A stretch of 64,000 nt of DNA from Camelus dromedarius. Its lineage: Eukaryota. Of the stretch, positions 50,484 to 63,299 are shown in pieces (position 1 is the first letter of the stretch; every line of letters begins with the position of its first letter). The notes under the pieces are model-generated. The model saw only the letters and a program-made list of their open reading frames with translations, ran no database searches and was not told the origin of the DNA. The DNA lies in assembly GCF_036321535.1 (NCBI RefSeq), contig NC_087437.1, positions 4,712,001 to 4,776,000 of the forward strand, read 5' to 3'. The translations under genes were made by a program, and so were the position numbers.

Positions 50484-52731
50484 CTGCAAGAGGGGCACGT
50501 GCACCGGACAAGTCAGTTCGGCTCCAGACACGGGACCCTCAGGACAGTTCACGTGGCGTGGCTTTCAGAGCTTCTCAAATACTGTCCTGCTTATCCACGG
50601 CTTAACGCTGGAACAAACTGTGACAGCGGTTTTTATCTTTGGTATTTTTAAATGTTTAAGAAGGCAACAGTTCTAGTTTCCCCCCAACTGATATTATCAG
50701 TTATTCTCAAGGATGTCTACCCCCAAACAAAGCCACACCTCACCCCTCTTGCTGCTCTTAACGGCCATTTCTGTGCTATGTTCCTACTGAAGCACCACTC
50801 ACAGTTCCCTGGCCGCACCACCTACTGGTAGGTGCAGGTGGGCACGAAAGGACTTTGTCCCGACAGGGAGAGGCTCTCTCTAACCTCATGGGTGGCTCCC
50901 ACCACGGCCACCCCGGACTGCAGTCTCCGGGTCTAGGCATGGAAACTCTAAAAAGGCGCACGAGTTTCTAAAGCTCCAGGGATCGCCACACAGGCTCTAC
51001 GATGCTGTGACTGCAACAGCGCTCACCCGACTGGGTCCCATTGTGTGTTTCTGCAGTTGTGTGTCTGCAGAGCAACCCTAGGCCTTACGCCCTCAGCGCC
51101 ACTGAAAACAACTCACTGTTTGAACAGAGAAATGACTTCATTTCTGATGCCACCAAGGCCAGCGTTGTAGCTATTTAACTCTGTGCTCTCTCTCAGGGTT
51201 AGTAGAACACTACTCCCTATCCACAAATTAAAATTCTCTACTGAATCCCAGTGAACAGCGTAATGCCTTCAGATTCAATATAATGTTCTCCACTGTTAAA
51301 ACCACCTCAGGATCTTTTCTCATTCACAGAGGATAAAAAAACAGTTCCTTTTTTTTTAATACAGAAAGTTTCCCTGAATCCTTCCTCTTGCCTCGGTTTA
51401 CCTTTGTCCACTCGGTTCTCCTTCCTGGACTGCCTGTGTTCTGCGTCTACTCAGTGACCTGCCACCCACTGTTCCAGGAGTGGCCACAGTGCCATCTCCT
51501 CTGGTAGTCTTTCCACACCACCTGCACAGCAACACCGCCACTGCCTGAGAAGCCACCTCCGCCCTCTGCACGTCACTGCAGAGGACACCACGCTCACTCG
51601 CTACCAGGTCCACCCACCTACTGGTAGGGACCTTGGTTCCTTTACGTTCCTCACAAATGGTTTCTGTGGTCCCTGCTGTACTGTAAGCGCTCAGCGAATG
51701 CTGGTTAAAGGAAGAATGAAAACTAGCATCCCCTGAGCTCTTTCCATCTATTTTGTTGTCTAATTATAACACTGTTGAGGTAGCTAATATCTCTTTTGCA
51801 AGAAAGGTAACTGAGACTTGGCAGTGTCTGCTGAGATCACAGAACTAATACATCAGACAGCTGTATTCAACTCAGCTCTGACTTCACTTTTTTCCTGTTA
51901 TCCATCATTTTTATTAAAACTATTTTTAGTCTCTATGTGGTTAGTTCCTAAGTATAATCACTGACTGGCATGGGCACAGGTGATTCATAGCCCTTCAGTT
52001 CTGGAACACGTAACAGACACTATGAGGAGCATAAGCTGGTACTACACCTCGGGAGAAGGCAATCTGACTATATGCACCAGAAGTCTTAACATATGAATAT
52101 GTTTTCACTTAGTTAATTTTCTTTCTGGGAATCAATCTTATATTCTAAATACGGAAAAAGCTTTAAACACAATCAAGTTTGTCACAGCTATTGTAAATAA
52201 ACAAAAACTGGCAAAGATTTAAATAATTTGCCAGTCAAGTATTAGTATATACATGAACAGATATTAAAAATTACATGTAAAAAAAATTTAAGACCATGAG
52301 AAAATGTTATTATAAAGTTAAATGAATTAAGTATAATATAAAACTGTCTATATAATATGATGACAATATAAAATATACATGCAAAAAAGGAAAAGAAAAC
52401 TACTACATGTTAAAATGGTATTCTTTGTATGAAGGAATTTCTTCTTTCTAACCTAGATTTTCCAAATTTTTAATAATAATCATATGTTATTTTTATAATG
52501 GAAAAAACCACATTTTACTCATAAGACCAAAGAAATCCAATAGGCGATATTCCAGGCATTCTGGAATAATTTTGATTTCAAAACTAATAAATAATGCTAA
52601 GTGGATGAAGAGAACTCGCATTCTAACATCGAACATTAAAGCAGACACTAGTAAATCACGTAGAGCATTGCTGAAGAGAGCCAGCACCCTCTGGAAAGCC
52701 CGGCAGGAGTCAGGGCTGGGCTCGGGGCTAC

Positions 52732-52844
52732 CTTTCCCGACGATCACAAGGGGCTGCCTGGCGCCCCGAAGGATGGACGCGGCCAGACGCACAGCAGAGG
52801 CCTCCGCCATGCAGACAGGAGGAGGCGCGCAGCACTCCACGTAC
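52732..52844 (-). CDS. HACL1: HACL1 exon 8, [37 protein letters not shown](G)
   Basis: CCCAG| ... G|GTAGCC, 113 nt, phase consistent; diverged but alignable. Confidence 0.94.
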
Positions 52845-54434
52845 CTGGGGGTGCAGAGCTCTGTTACTGAAAAGTGGCCAACTGAGAAAATACCAGACAC
52901 ACAAAGAGGCAGGAAAAAACAGGATGGCAAGCTCCATGTTCCCACCGTGTGGACTCAGCTACTACAATTTCACATTTGCTTCACACATACACACGTAAAC
53001 ATGCATACGCATTTTTTCTTGAACCAGTTTAAAGCAGGTTACAGCTAGCAAGACTTAAAAACTTCCACGCAGCTCCAAAAGATGGAGACTTTCTCCTATA
53101 TAACCATAATATCCTTGTCACATCTGGTAAACCAGCAGTTGTTCCCTAAGACCATCTAACAGCCAGTCAATGAGTAACTCACTGGCAGGAAATCTGAATT
53201 AATGGCTTCACATTATAGTAGTAGCTGTTGTTGTAGTAGAAATCAAAATATACTAAAAGCTAATATTTAATATCTACACTATGTGCCATTTACTCTCATT
53301 TAATTTTCAAAATAATGAGGTTAGGTATTACCACTATCTCCATTTCACCACTGCGGGGGAGAAAATTTCAGAAAGTAAGTGACTTGCCCAGGGTTCCCAA
53401 ATGGCATGTGGCAAAGACTGGATGGAAGCACGCTGTTCTGTGTCCAAAGTCCATGCTTTTAACTACCTCACTATATTTCCAGTCCCTGAGGAAGTCAGTA
53501 TTTCAGTACCACAATATGCATTAGTAAAAAAAAGTATTAAAACTGTCATAGTTAAGTATTTCTAGACACCAAGTCCTCAGTGTTTTATTTCATTTATCGT
53601 AATTAATAAACATCATATTGTACAAAACTTTGGCATATAATATTAAAAAAAGGACATACAAATATTTGCAAAGACTTTAAAGACGGCTTACAGGGTTAAC
53701 TTACCTGAGGCACCTCTCCCCACAGCAATATTATTTTGATTGTCATGTTTCAGCATTATGAAGAATAGATACACTTTTTGTCTGACTCTCCCACATAGAA
53801 GCCACTCAGTACCCTGAGTGTGCAGAAATGCCCACTGTCTCTCTGTAGTCCCTAAAGGGCCACTTGGTCCACGACAGCAGGAATCTGCTAAATGGTACTC
53901 ATAGTGATGCGTTAACCCGCGTGCCCATCCTTACCAGGGGTGACTGAGACACCAGTTCGTCGTACTTAGTGTTCACTCAGTGTTTACTTATGGAACTTAA
54001 AGGAACTTGGCACAGCATAGTAACATCTGGTGTCAGAATATTTTTAAATCACAGAGATAGACTGAAATTTTTCATGCTGAGTTCTAATAATTTTTCAATA
54101 GTCACTTCATCTCTTGGTTATACTATGAAGACTCTAAACAATCATACAACATTAGGGAGGATTAATTTCTTATGGTTACTGGAAGAATAATTTCAAGCGA
54201 GGATTTTGAGAAGCTCCAAGTATTCGATGAGTAATTAAACTCCAAAATAATTACTAAATAATACCATTTTAATTAAGAGAATTAAGCCGTTTGGCTAAGA
54301 TTCAATTTAATTACTAAATCATCAAAAGTTAAGACAAATGAAGATTAACTTATAAACTGCTAGGTAAATTCTTTTTAAAAGGTAAGCATTATGGTAATAC
54401 AATTAAGAAAGAACTCCAGTTAACTATTACTCAC

Positions 54435-54529
54435 TTTATAGAATTCACATTCACCTGGAGGCTGACAAAATCTGCAGGTATGTCAACATAGCAAGCACCT
54501 GGTCGACCATAAATACTGCTTCTCACTGC
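54435..54529 (-). CDS. HACL1: HACL1 exon 7, [31 protein letters not shown](K)
   Basis: AG/GT boundaries, 95 nt. Confidence 0.96.
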
Positions 54530-55349
54530 CTGAGTTTATTACAAATGGAAGAAAATATTTTTAAAATCTCAAGCCTTATTATATTCCACTCAAAGGTAAA
54601 CTAAAATCATGAAATGAACACTATTTTAATTTTTCTGGATATCCTTAGTTGGAAAAATAAGCAATTCTTATTAAAACTGAAATGTCCTCTATTGATTGTA
54701 TACATTTTAAAAGATTTTTATTTAAAAGAGGAGAGGTAAGAAAGAAATTACTCACTTAGGGCTTTAAAATTCATGTTCTATTACACTTCAGTCTTAAAAA
54801 TTATCTACTAGGCTCTGCCTGCCAAGTCTTTATTACCATGCACTTTCACCCACTTCCTAATCCTAATGATCGGGCAAAGGTTTCAGAAACTGTGATGTTG
54901 TAACAGGTGTCAAATAGTTTCTGCAACACGTGGCTTTTGAAACAGTGCAACTGTAACTTCACTTATAAAATTAATTTATAATACACTACTTAATCAACTA
55001 AGAGCTAGTCTTATACGCATCAGTGCTAATTTTCAAAAATAATCTTGCAAAAGCATAAGAGAAAGGCACCCAGGGTTTCATATCCTTCCTTCTACTTTTC
55101 CGTAACTTAAAATAAAAGTGTTTTAAACTAAAGAAAAGGAGGAAATTTTTCCAAAAATAAATCATTTTATCTGTTTCTAAAATTAACGACAGTGAACATT
55201 AAAATGTAAATAGCTATTGAACAATATCATTTTTAACTGCCTGAGTATATTCCAAATTATTACTCATTCTATTGAGAATAAAAATAACACAGGTATAAGC
55301 AACTGAGATAAACCAGCTGACTCAGAGGACTTGCAATGAAATACTGTAC

Positions 55350-55427
55350 CTTTTCGATAATAGACGGAATAACTTCTATGATACTTGGCCGGGCAGAGAA
55401 CTTGCTATATAATCTACAAGCTTCAAC
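55350..55427 (-). CDS. HACL1: HACL1 exon 6, VEACRLYSKFSARPSIIEVIPSIIEK
   Basis: AG/GT boundaries, 78 nt. Confidence 0.96.
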
Positions 55428-57039
55428 CTATATGTGAAAAGAAGACAACTTGAAATTCAGCTCACGTATCATATTACTCCTCTAAAGGAAAACAAAATAT
55501 TAAGCCATTACTTTCTATTACGTTTAGAGGCAAGATGGAGAAAAAAGCATTACCTGGACTGTTTCTTAAAGGCCCAAAAGCACAATCAAATTTCTGCCTT
55601 GGTATGATTCAGGAAAATGAGGCACCATTTTCATTTCTCAGATTGGCAAAAATAAAAAAGTTAGATAACACCCAGCTTCTACCATAATACAGGAAAACAG
55701 GCAATCTCATAAACTGCGGTGAGGGTATAAATGAGAATGGAAGTTGGCAATGCCTCCTGAAAATTTAAAGAAGTATATCCTCAGACCCAGAAACACCACA
55801 GCTAGGAATACGCAACTTCATCTGTCACACTGCATTACAATAATAATCTGCTTTCATACTTCTGCCAGTTTTCCTGTTACATATTTTGTTGCTTTGCTGT
55901 CTGGATTATGTAAATTCAGTAGTGTTAATTTTTTACTGTTTATTTGAAGCACTGTAGAGAACCTGTTTCTCCTGATACTTTTTGGTATGAAATCTATGGA
56001 ACAGTTGGTAGTTTCTATCCCACAAGCGTGACAGAATTAAGACTACCCCCCAGCTTTCAGTCTGTTCTGGTCATGTCACTTAGTTTTAAGTATTTCTACA
56101 AGAAACATACCTGGACTTTAAATCAAATCAGTGATCTTTCTCTTCAAATTTTTAATTTCATCTAATAAATATGTATTATCTTCCTTTTCAGGAAAAAATT
56201 TTTGTAATGGGCATTCTTCTCTGCTTTCTTTTTTCATCTGTAATGTTTCTGTAGTAATTTTAAATTTCCTTTTAAATAACTTACCTGCTCTACTTATTTT
56301 TTAAATATATCAGCATCTTCTCAATAACTGTTGCAGTTCTCTACCATAAACTACATAAAACTTCAATTCTCTTTTGAGAGTATAAAAATCTAACTTTTCA
56401 TTAACCAATACCAAAATGTAATATTTTATATTAGTTTAAATCATATACAAAATTCTGTTTTTATATTCTGAAGTTCTCACGATTCCTGATTTACCAGTAG
56501 ACTTTGCCAAATGGTTTTAACTTTACGCATAACTTTTTACCATAAATGCTCAAATATATTCACATCTTAAGCATTCACTCTCACCTATTTGCTTTTTACA
56601 GCTATGCTTAAAACTGTAGCACTTTGTTGACAAATTCTTTGGAGTTTTCAAAAAATTTTAAATACTTACCTTTATTCCTCTAAAGTAAAAATGACCCTGT
56701 CCAGAGTATACTGATAGTCATTTTCAGTAGGATTTTTCCTCTCAATTTTTCGCTTCCTCTAAGTCTGAGAGGCATAGCCCCAAACCATTTTTATTCCTGC
56801 ATTTTCTTGAACCATTGAAGAACTTTTTTATAGACTCCAAAATTCAGTCAAAAAGTATTGGAAGACTGCTCCTAAGCAGAACATAAGCTTTCTTAATATC
56901 CGCACTGAAGTCTTCTTGTAGTTAAGAAAAATTACCTTTAAATTATCTCAGGTACCTCTATATTTTATTTTAACTGTTTATTTTGCAGGCAGGAGGTTTA
57001 ATGGAGTAAATCTTAATGGAGCATAATTATGCTACTAAA

Positions 57040-57093
57040 TGCCAGAGGAAAGATCTTAGAGTCGGGTGCCAGAGGAAAGATCTTAGAGTCCGG
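57040..57093. repeat. 27-bp tandem duplication beside the HACL1 exon 5 donor
   Basis: TGCCAGAGGAAAGATCTTAGAGTC at 57040-57063 and 57067-57090. Confidence 0.95.
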
Positions 57094-57096
57094 TAC

Positions 57097-57169
57097 CTGA
57101 GGAAACTCCTGAAAGGCTCCCATTGTTTCCTGACTTCTTTCAGAGGAACCACCAATCACAATCAAGGGC
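57097..57169 (-). CDS. HACL1: HACL1 exon 5, [24 protein letters not shown]
   Basis: AG/GT boundaries, 73 nt. Confidence 0.96.
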
Positions 57170-58251
57170 CTGAAACAGTTATTTTTTAAAAAGGAGAATT
57201 ACAAATAAGATCAACATGTAAAATACTCAGCAGGGTGCTCAATGAATAAAAAACATTCAATGAATGTTAAAGAAGAGAGAAAGAAAATTATATTTTCCCT
57301 TAAGACCTGTCAATTTACAAACAGTTAGGAAACAACCTAATGTAAGAGAACCCTTCTGCAATTTCAGAAAACTCTGAAATTTATAGTAAATATTTTTCCT
57401 CCATGCCCGGCTCTCCCCTGCCTCTTCTAGGTGCTGATGTGGTGATGTAAAATGAACTGTTAGGCCATTCCTATTATTTTTGGGATCAGGAGAAGGAAAA
57501 ACTTTTTTTACACTTTCCTAAGTAAGTCTATTTGGAAATGGCAGAATGAGGAAAATTTCTCAGTAGTAAAATTCTTATCCTTCAGGAAGAAAAAAAAAAG
57601 ATACAGCAAAGCTAAAGTTACTTAAAAATTATTGGACTCTAAAGCAGATGAGAAAGAGAAAGATGAGGAAGGAAGAAAGGAAAGAAGAAACTGTAACAAA
57701 CACATAGCAAGAAAGAAAACAATGTCCTTCCCTCTGGAAAATTAAATATTGTATGAATTGATCAAGACATAGCCCCTTTTAACATGATCTTATTGGTAAA
57801 GAACCAGAGATGGGATTAAAGGCCAAGATCAACTAATGAACTTATAAAGCAAACGCAAATGTAAGATTTCAATTGTTTTCCTAGTTATGAAAGACAAGGT
57901 GAAAAATTATATATATTCTTGCATACTGAGCTGGGATCTTTAATAAATAATTCTTTACTTAAAGTAAAGAGGCAAACACACATTCACATACATATGTAGA
58001 TGTGGAATATACATATATATATATATGCAAATACATATTCATTCCAAAATATTAACAGTGTTTATCCCTAAGTGAAGGAATTACTGATGGTTTTTCACTT
58101 TATTCCTAATGCTCTTCTTAATTTGTCACTGAGTCATTTCCTCAAGCACTTGATTCCCGGTATTCCCATCACAGATCAGTGGATACTTCACTAGGTAAAA
58201 TCACGCACTGGGATTTTAAGAAACTGTTTTCAATAATAACAATCTAATTAC

Positions 58252-58332
58252 CAGCAGTTCATGTTTGCATTTGCCATTCCACCCAAGGCATGGATGAGAC
58301 CTGGGCCAGAAACAACAAGGCAAACTCCCGGC
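58252..58332 (-). CDS. HACL1: HACL1 exon 4, [26 protein letters not shown](W)
   Basis: AG/GT boundaries, 81 nt. Confidence 0.97.
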
Positions 58333-58854
58333 CTGAAAGCAAAACAGAATTCACTTTATTAAAAGTAGGTCAAATGCAATACTTGATTCATTATCACTCT
58401 GTGAAACGTAACCTTCTGGACTTCAAAGAAAGGACATATAGGTCTTACTACAACTGGTAAAACAATTGTATTTTTGAATTAGATAAACAGGGTTGTATCA
58501 GTCTTCCTGCCGGAAATAAGGTACTTATCATCCTCACACTGTACTTCACTAACCTATTCATATTTTGCTCCTAGTATGTTTGGGCTAAATCAAGTCAACT
58601 GCATACAGAAGCAAATTTTTGGCTGCTGAGTACATTTCTGTATGGTGAAAGTGTTTTCGAAAAATTTCTTAATAAATAAATATAAAACATCAATTGGTCT
58701 CTGACAGGAAGTAATTCTGAAGCGTAGGGCTCTGCCTTATTACCTAGATGACTTTCTCAGCCTAAAGCATTGAAGAAAAATCTCCATATAATCAGTTTGC
58801 CATTTTCAATGTATAAAATAATTTTTAAGAACCTCTACTTAAGACAGCCTTTAA

Positions 58855-59580
58855 ATTGGTACAGCCACTGTGAAAAACCGTATGGAGGTTCCTCAAAAAA
58901 CTAAAAATAGAACTACCATACAATCCAGCAATGCTATTGCGAGTATTTATTCAAAGAAAACAAAAAGACTAATACAAAAACATGCACGCATGCCTATGTT
59001 CATGTAGCCCTATTTACAGTAGCCAAGATATGGAAGCAACCTCAGTTTTCACCCACAGATGAATGGATAAGAAAGATGTGGTATATATATACAATTAAAT
59101 ATTACTCAGCCACAAAGGAAGAATGAAATCTTGCTATTTGTGGCAACATGGACAGACCTGGAGGGTATTATGCTCAGTGAAATAAGTCAGACAGAGAAAA
59201 ACAAACGCTGTATGATTTCACTTATATGTGGAATCTAAAAAACATAACAAATGAACAAATGAAGCAAAAAAAAAAAAAAAAAAGACTCATAGATACGGAG
59301 AACAAACTGGTGGTTGCCAGAGGGAAGAAGAGTGGAAGGATGGATGAAATAGGTGAAGGGGATTCAGAGGTACAAACTTTCAGCTATAAAATAAGTAAGT
59401 CACCGGGAGGCAATGAACAGCATGGGGAACACAGTCAGTAACACTGTAACAACTCTGTATGGTGACGGATGGTAACTGGTCTTACTGTGGTGACCATAAC
59501 GTATAAAAATACCGAATCACTATGTTGTACATCTGAAACTAATATAATACTGTATTTTAACTACAACTCAGTTAAAAAAA
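58855..59580 (+). mobile_element. L1 3' end, antisense to HACL1, ending ~25 bp from the exon 3 donor
   Basis: L1 ORF2 tail and 3'UTR ending in an A run. Confidence 0.9.
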
Positions 59581-59605
59581 GAAACTGAAACAGACTTCAG
59601 TTTAC

Positions 59606-59646
59606 CTGCCTGTCAGATATCCAATCACGGAGGCAGCATAACAAGC
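59606..59646 (-). CDS. HACL1: HACL1 exon 3, ACYAASVIGYLTG(R)
   Basis: TTTGTAG| ... AG|GTAAAC, 41 nt, phase consistent. Confidence 0.95.
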
Positions 59647-60879
59647 CTACAAAGAAAAAACATGGGGACTTCAGCGTCCATATATTATTAAACAGTATTC
59701 GGTAATAAGTATTAAGTATTATCCATTTATGAAGTATGTATATAATAATTTACTACTAAGCAAGAAAGTAGAACTTCATTGTTAAGGAGGAATTGGAGTG
59801 CTTTTCATTTTAACAGTCATATTCTACCCGTAAATTTCAAATAATGGTGTAAGTATCTAAATCTAAGTTTTAGTTTTTCAAGGAATTTGTCCGTATCATC
59901 TAGTTTATTCACAATATCATCTTATAATTGCTTAAATATTTGCAGGATCAACAGAAACGTCCCCTTTTTTAATTCCTACCATTGATAATTTGTGTTTTTT
60001 CTCTTTTATTCTTTACCAGTCTTGCTAGGGAATTTACATTTATTAATCTTTTCCAAGAACCAATTTTTGGCTTTGCTGGTTTTTCTTTACTGTTTCTTTG
60101 TTTTCTGTGCCACTAACTTCTGCCCTTGTATTTACTATTTCACTCCTTTCAGTTTGGGTTTACTTTGGTTTTCTTTTTCTAGCTTCTTAAAATGTAAGCT
60201 TAGAGCATTGATTTTTGATCATCTTCACTAACAGATTCATTTGAAACTATTTCCTCTAAGAACTCCTTTAGCTGTAACTTACTTGTCTGAGAGCTCATCT
60301 TTTTATCATTCAATTCAAAATACGTTCCATTTCCCATTGTGATTTCTTTTTCATCCCATGAGTTAGTTAGGGTCCGTGGTCTGTTTTCACTCCTGACATT
60401 GGTAATTTGTATTTCTCTTTTATTCTTAGTCTCCTGTGAAGTTTACTGCTTTTATTAATCTTTTCAAACATTTACAAAGGATCAAATGTGTTACGGAACT
60501 TACGAATGTTTGGGGATTTACTAGTTATCTTTCTGTTACTGAATTCCAGTTTATTTCTATGTGGTCAGGTTAGATACACTTTATGTTTTCCATCTTTGGA
60601 GATTTGTTGACATTTTCTTTATGGCCTTCATATGGTTAGTTTTTATTTTTAAACTGCACTTGAGCTCATTACAGGAAGGGAGGGAAAATGCTCAATTAAA
60701 TACAAGATAACCTGGAAAAATGCTTAATGCCCTTTCAAACAAATTCTTTGTCTTAGTCTGGGACATCATTTTTTCCAGTATTATTTCTTCTCATTTGTTT
60801 AAGAAATATAAAAAATTGGGTATTTTCTAACCTCTAACTCAACTTTATATGTGACATGCTTAACTTAAATCCATGTTAA

Positions 60880-61123
60880 TAGAAACAGACTTACACAGAG
60901 AACAAACTTATGGCTACCAGGGAGTAAAGGGGGTGGGAAGGGATAAATTGGGAGTTCAAAATTTGCACCTCCTGGGGAGTGATGGAAATGTTAGCTGTCT
61001 TGATTGTGGTAGTGGTTTCATAGGTGTACACGTCTATCACAATTCATTAAATTTCGTATCTGAAATATGTGTAGTTTACTGTACAAGAACCATATGACAA
61101 TAAAAGTGTTAAGTTAAGAAAAA
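60880..61123 (+). mobile_element. Chimeric L1 insertion (young 3'UTR piece plus old L1M 3' end)
   Basis: Perfect TSD AACTTAAATCCATGTTAA at 60862-60879 and 61124-61141. Confidence 0.75.
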
Positions 61124-62129
61124 AACTTAAATCCATGTTAAGGAGATACGTGCAAAAAATTTAAAGTAAGTATTTATGAATCATATCTCACCTGGCACCA
61201 CTACCACAAGCCTAACTAAGAAGTTGTACTTTCTCCGTGTTGCTATTCTCTTTTGGCCCTGATCTCTTTCCCGTTTTGCATGAGGACAAATTCACACAGG
61301 ACAATAGGACAACTCCTAAGAAATGCACATGCATAGAATAAAACATCTGCTGCCATAAGAACAGTTATTTGAACACTGAGGAGCACTATCCACTTATTAA
61401 AGCAGGGTAAACAATGTTGCTCCAAAATGCAATACACGAAACAATATAAAACAAAAATTACATTCCTCTGGTAACAGATGTCCAAAGTTGAACAGGGACT
61501 GGTTTTATGATCTTAGAAAATCTATTCCTCTACCCAGTGACTTCCACTCACAGGTGGCTTAGTGTTTGTATACTTGAGAGAGCAGACTTTAGAACCAAAC
61601 TGTTTTGATTCAAATCCCTGCAACTCTACTTCCCACTGTGTCACCCTGGCAAGTTACTCTGTACCTTGGATTCCGCATTCATATAATGAACATAATTAGG
61701 ATGAAATCAGTTAATAATGTAAGACACTCTGAACAGTGCCTGCACACAGTGAACTCTCGAGAACCGTTAAATTCCTAAGGGTCTGCCCACTTCCTGGGAA
61801 ACTGGTCCCTATGTCTTGATTACTCTAAGGACCTGATGAAAGACAATCAAGATATAACCAATTACACTTTCCTCTTTAGGACAAGCATGCAACTGGATTT
61901 AAGTCCTTGTCTGCCTTCTGAACGGCTCCTGAACCTCTTCTCACATTCTCTCTTAACCACCCTGCCATTCCCCACCGGCCAGGCCCTAGTTAAGTCATCC
62001 TCTGACTGCTGCAAAGACTCAGCCGACTAGAGGGTCATGCACTGGGGATGCTGCATCTCAAACTCACTACGTCCAGATCTGCACTCCTTCCCTTTCCCCT
62101 CCGCATGGGCTCTTCCCTCCCTATTCCCG

Positions 62130-62165
62130 ATATGAGTCGGGGGCAGTATATGAGTCGGGGGCAGT
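62130..62165. repeat. 18-bp perfect tandem duplication
   Basis: ATATGAGTCGGGGGCAGT x2. Confidence 0.95.
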
Positions 62166-62942
62166 ACGATCCTTCTCGTCAGTCAGGGAAGCCCAAACCT
62201 AGGAATCCTCTGTGGAAGAAGCTGTTCTCTCCTTCCCCGTGAATAATGCCTCCTCATCCTCTGAGACAGCGCAGGCATCATCTCCTCCGGAAAGCCCTCT
62301 CTGAAGTCTTGGGCTGAGCTGGGTACCCCTTCCTGGGCTTCCGCAGAACCCTGGCTACATCTCTATCAGAGCACTTACCAGATTAAAATACAAGTGTCTG
62401 TTTGTGTCTGTCTCCACAGCCAGGTTATAAGCCCCTCGAAGACAAGAAGGGTGTATCATTCATCTCCATACTCAGTGCCCAAGATAGCACCCGGGACCTA
62501 TGGAGGCCCTCAACTAAGCCAGAGGGACTCAAGTAAAACTTTAAGCTGCCCTTCAGATCCATACTCTCTATTACCATGAAAATCATCGTTCCAAAGTAAA
62601 AATACAGTTACGTTTCCCATCTATGCAGAAAAACCTTTCCAGTCTCACCCAATGCCCACTGAAAAAAAGACCACATTCCTTTTACAGCTATAGACTCTCT
62701 CCAACCTCCCCTCGGACTACCTATCCAGTCTCACAGCCGTCCCCTTGGGCGAGTGTCTTAACTTCTCTGTGCCTCATTTTCTTACCTGCATTTAGGGTTA
62801 ACAAGTTCCTGCCTCCTAAGCTTGTTGTGATTGATACGTGTAAAGTATTAGAATAGCGGTGAGCACTGACTGTCCGCAGTGAATACGGGCCGTTAGTGTT
62901 AATCACCCCGCAATGCACTCGGCTCTCCGCGTCCGTACTTAC

Positions 62943-63047
62943 CGCCTGCTCATTCCTCATGCCGACGTATCTGATGCCCAGCTCCTGGGCGGCGAGGGCG
63001 ATTTCAGTCACCGGGATGCCGACGATGCCAAACATGTAGCGCACGCC
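62943..63047 (-). CDS. HACL1: HACL1 exon 2, [35 protein letters not shown] (includes the conserved Glu of ThDP enzymes)
   Basis: AG/GT boundaries, 105 nt, homology to HACL1. Confidence 0.97.
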
Positions 63048-63212
63048 CTGGGGGCCAGGAACAGGGAATTAAGTGCCGGGGCCGCGCCCCACCGTTCCCT
63101 CCTGGAGGTCGACAAAGAACCCTCCAACACACCTCGCTCCGGCCGCCCCACCGCGTTCCCCGTTTCCAAGACAACGCTAGGCCCCGCCGGCTTCCGTAGG
63201 AGCCCGCTGCAC

Positions 63213-63299
63213 CTGCGTTTTCAGGGCCTGGGCGATGACTTTCGCACCGGACACCTGCCCCTCGCTCCCGGCGCTGTGCTCTGCCACGTTACTCTCCAT
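63213..63299 (-). CDS. HACL1: HACL1 exon 1 (coding part), MESNVAEHSAGSEGQVSGAKVIAQALKTQ
   Basis: Strong Kozak AAGATGG; matches HACL1 N-terminus (QVSGAKVIAQALKTQ); donor CAG|GTGCAG; 87 nt. Confidence 0.95.
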
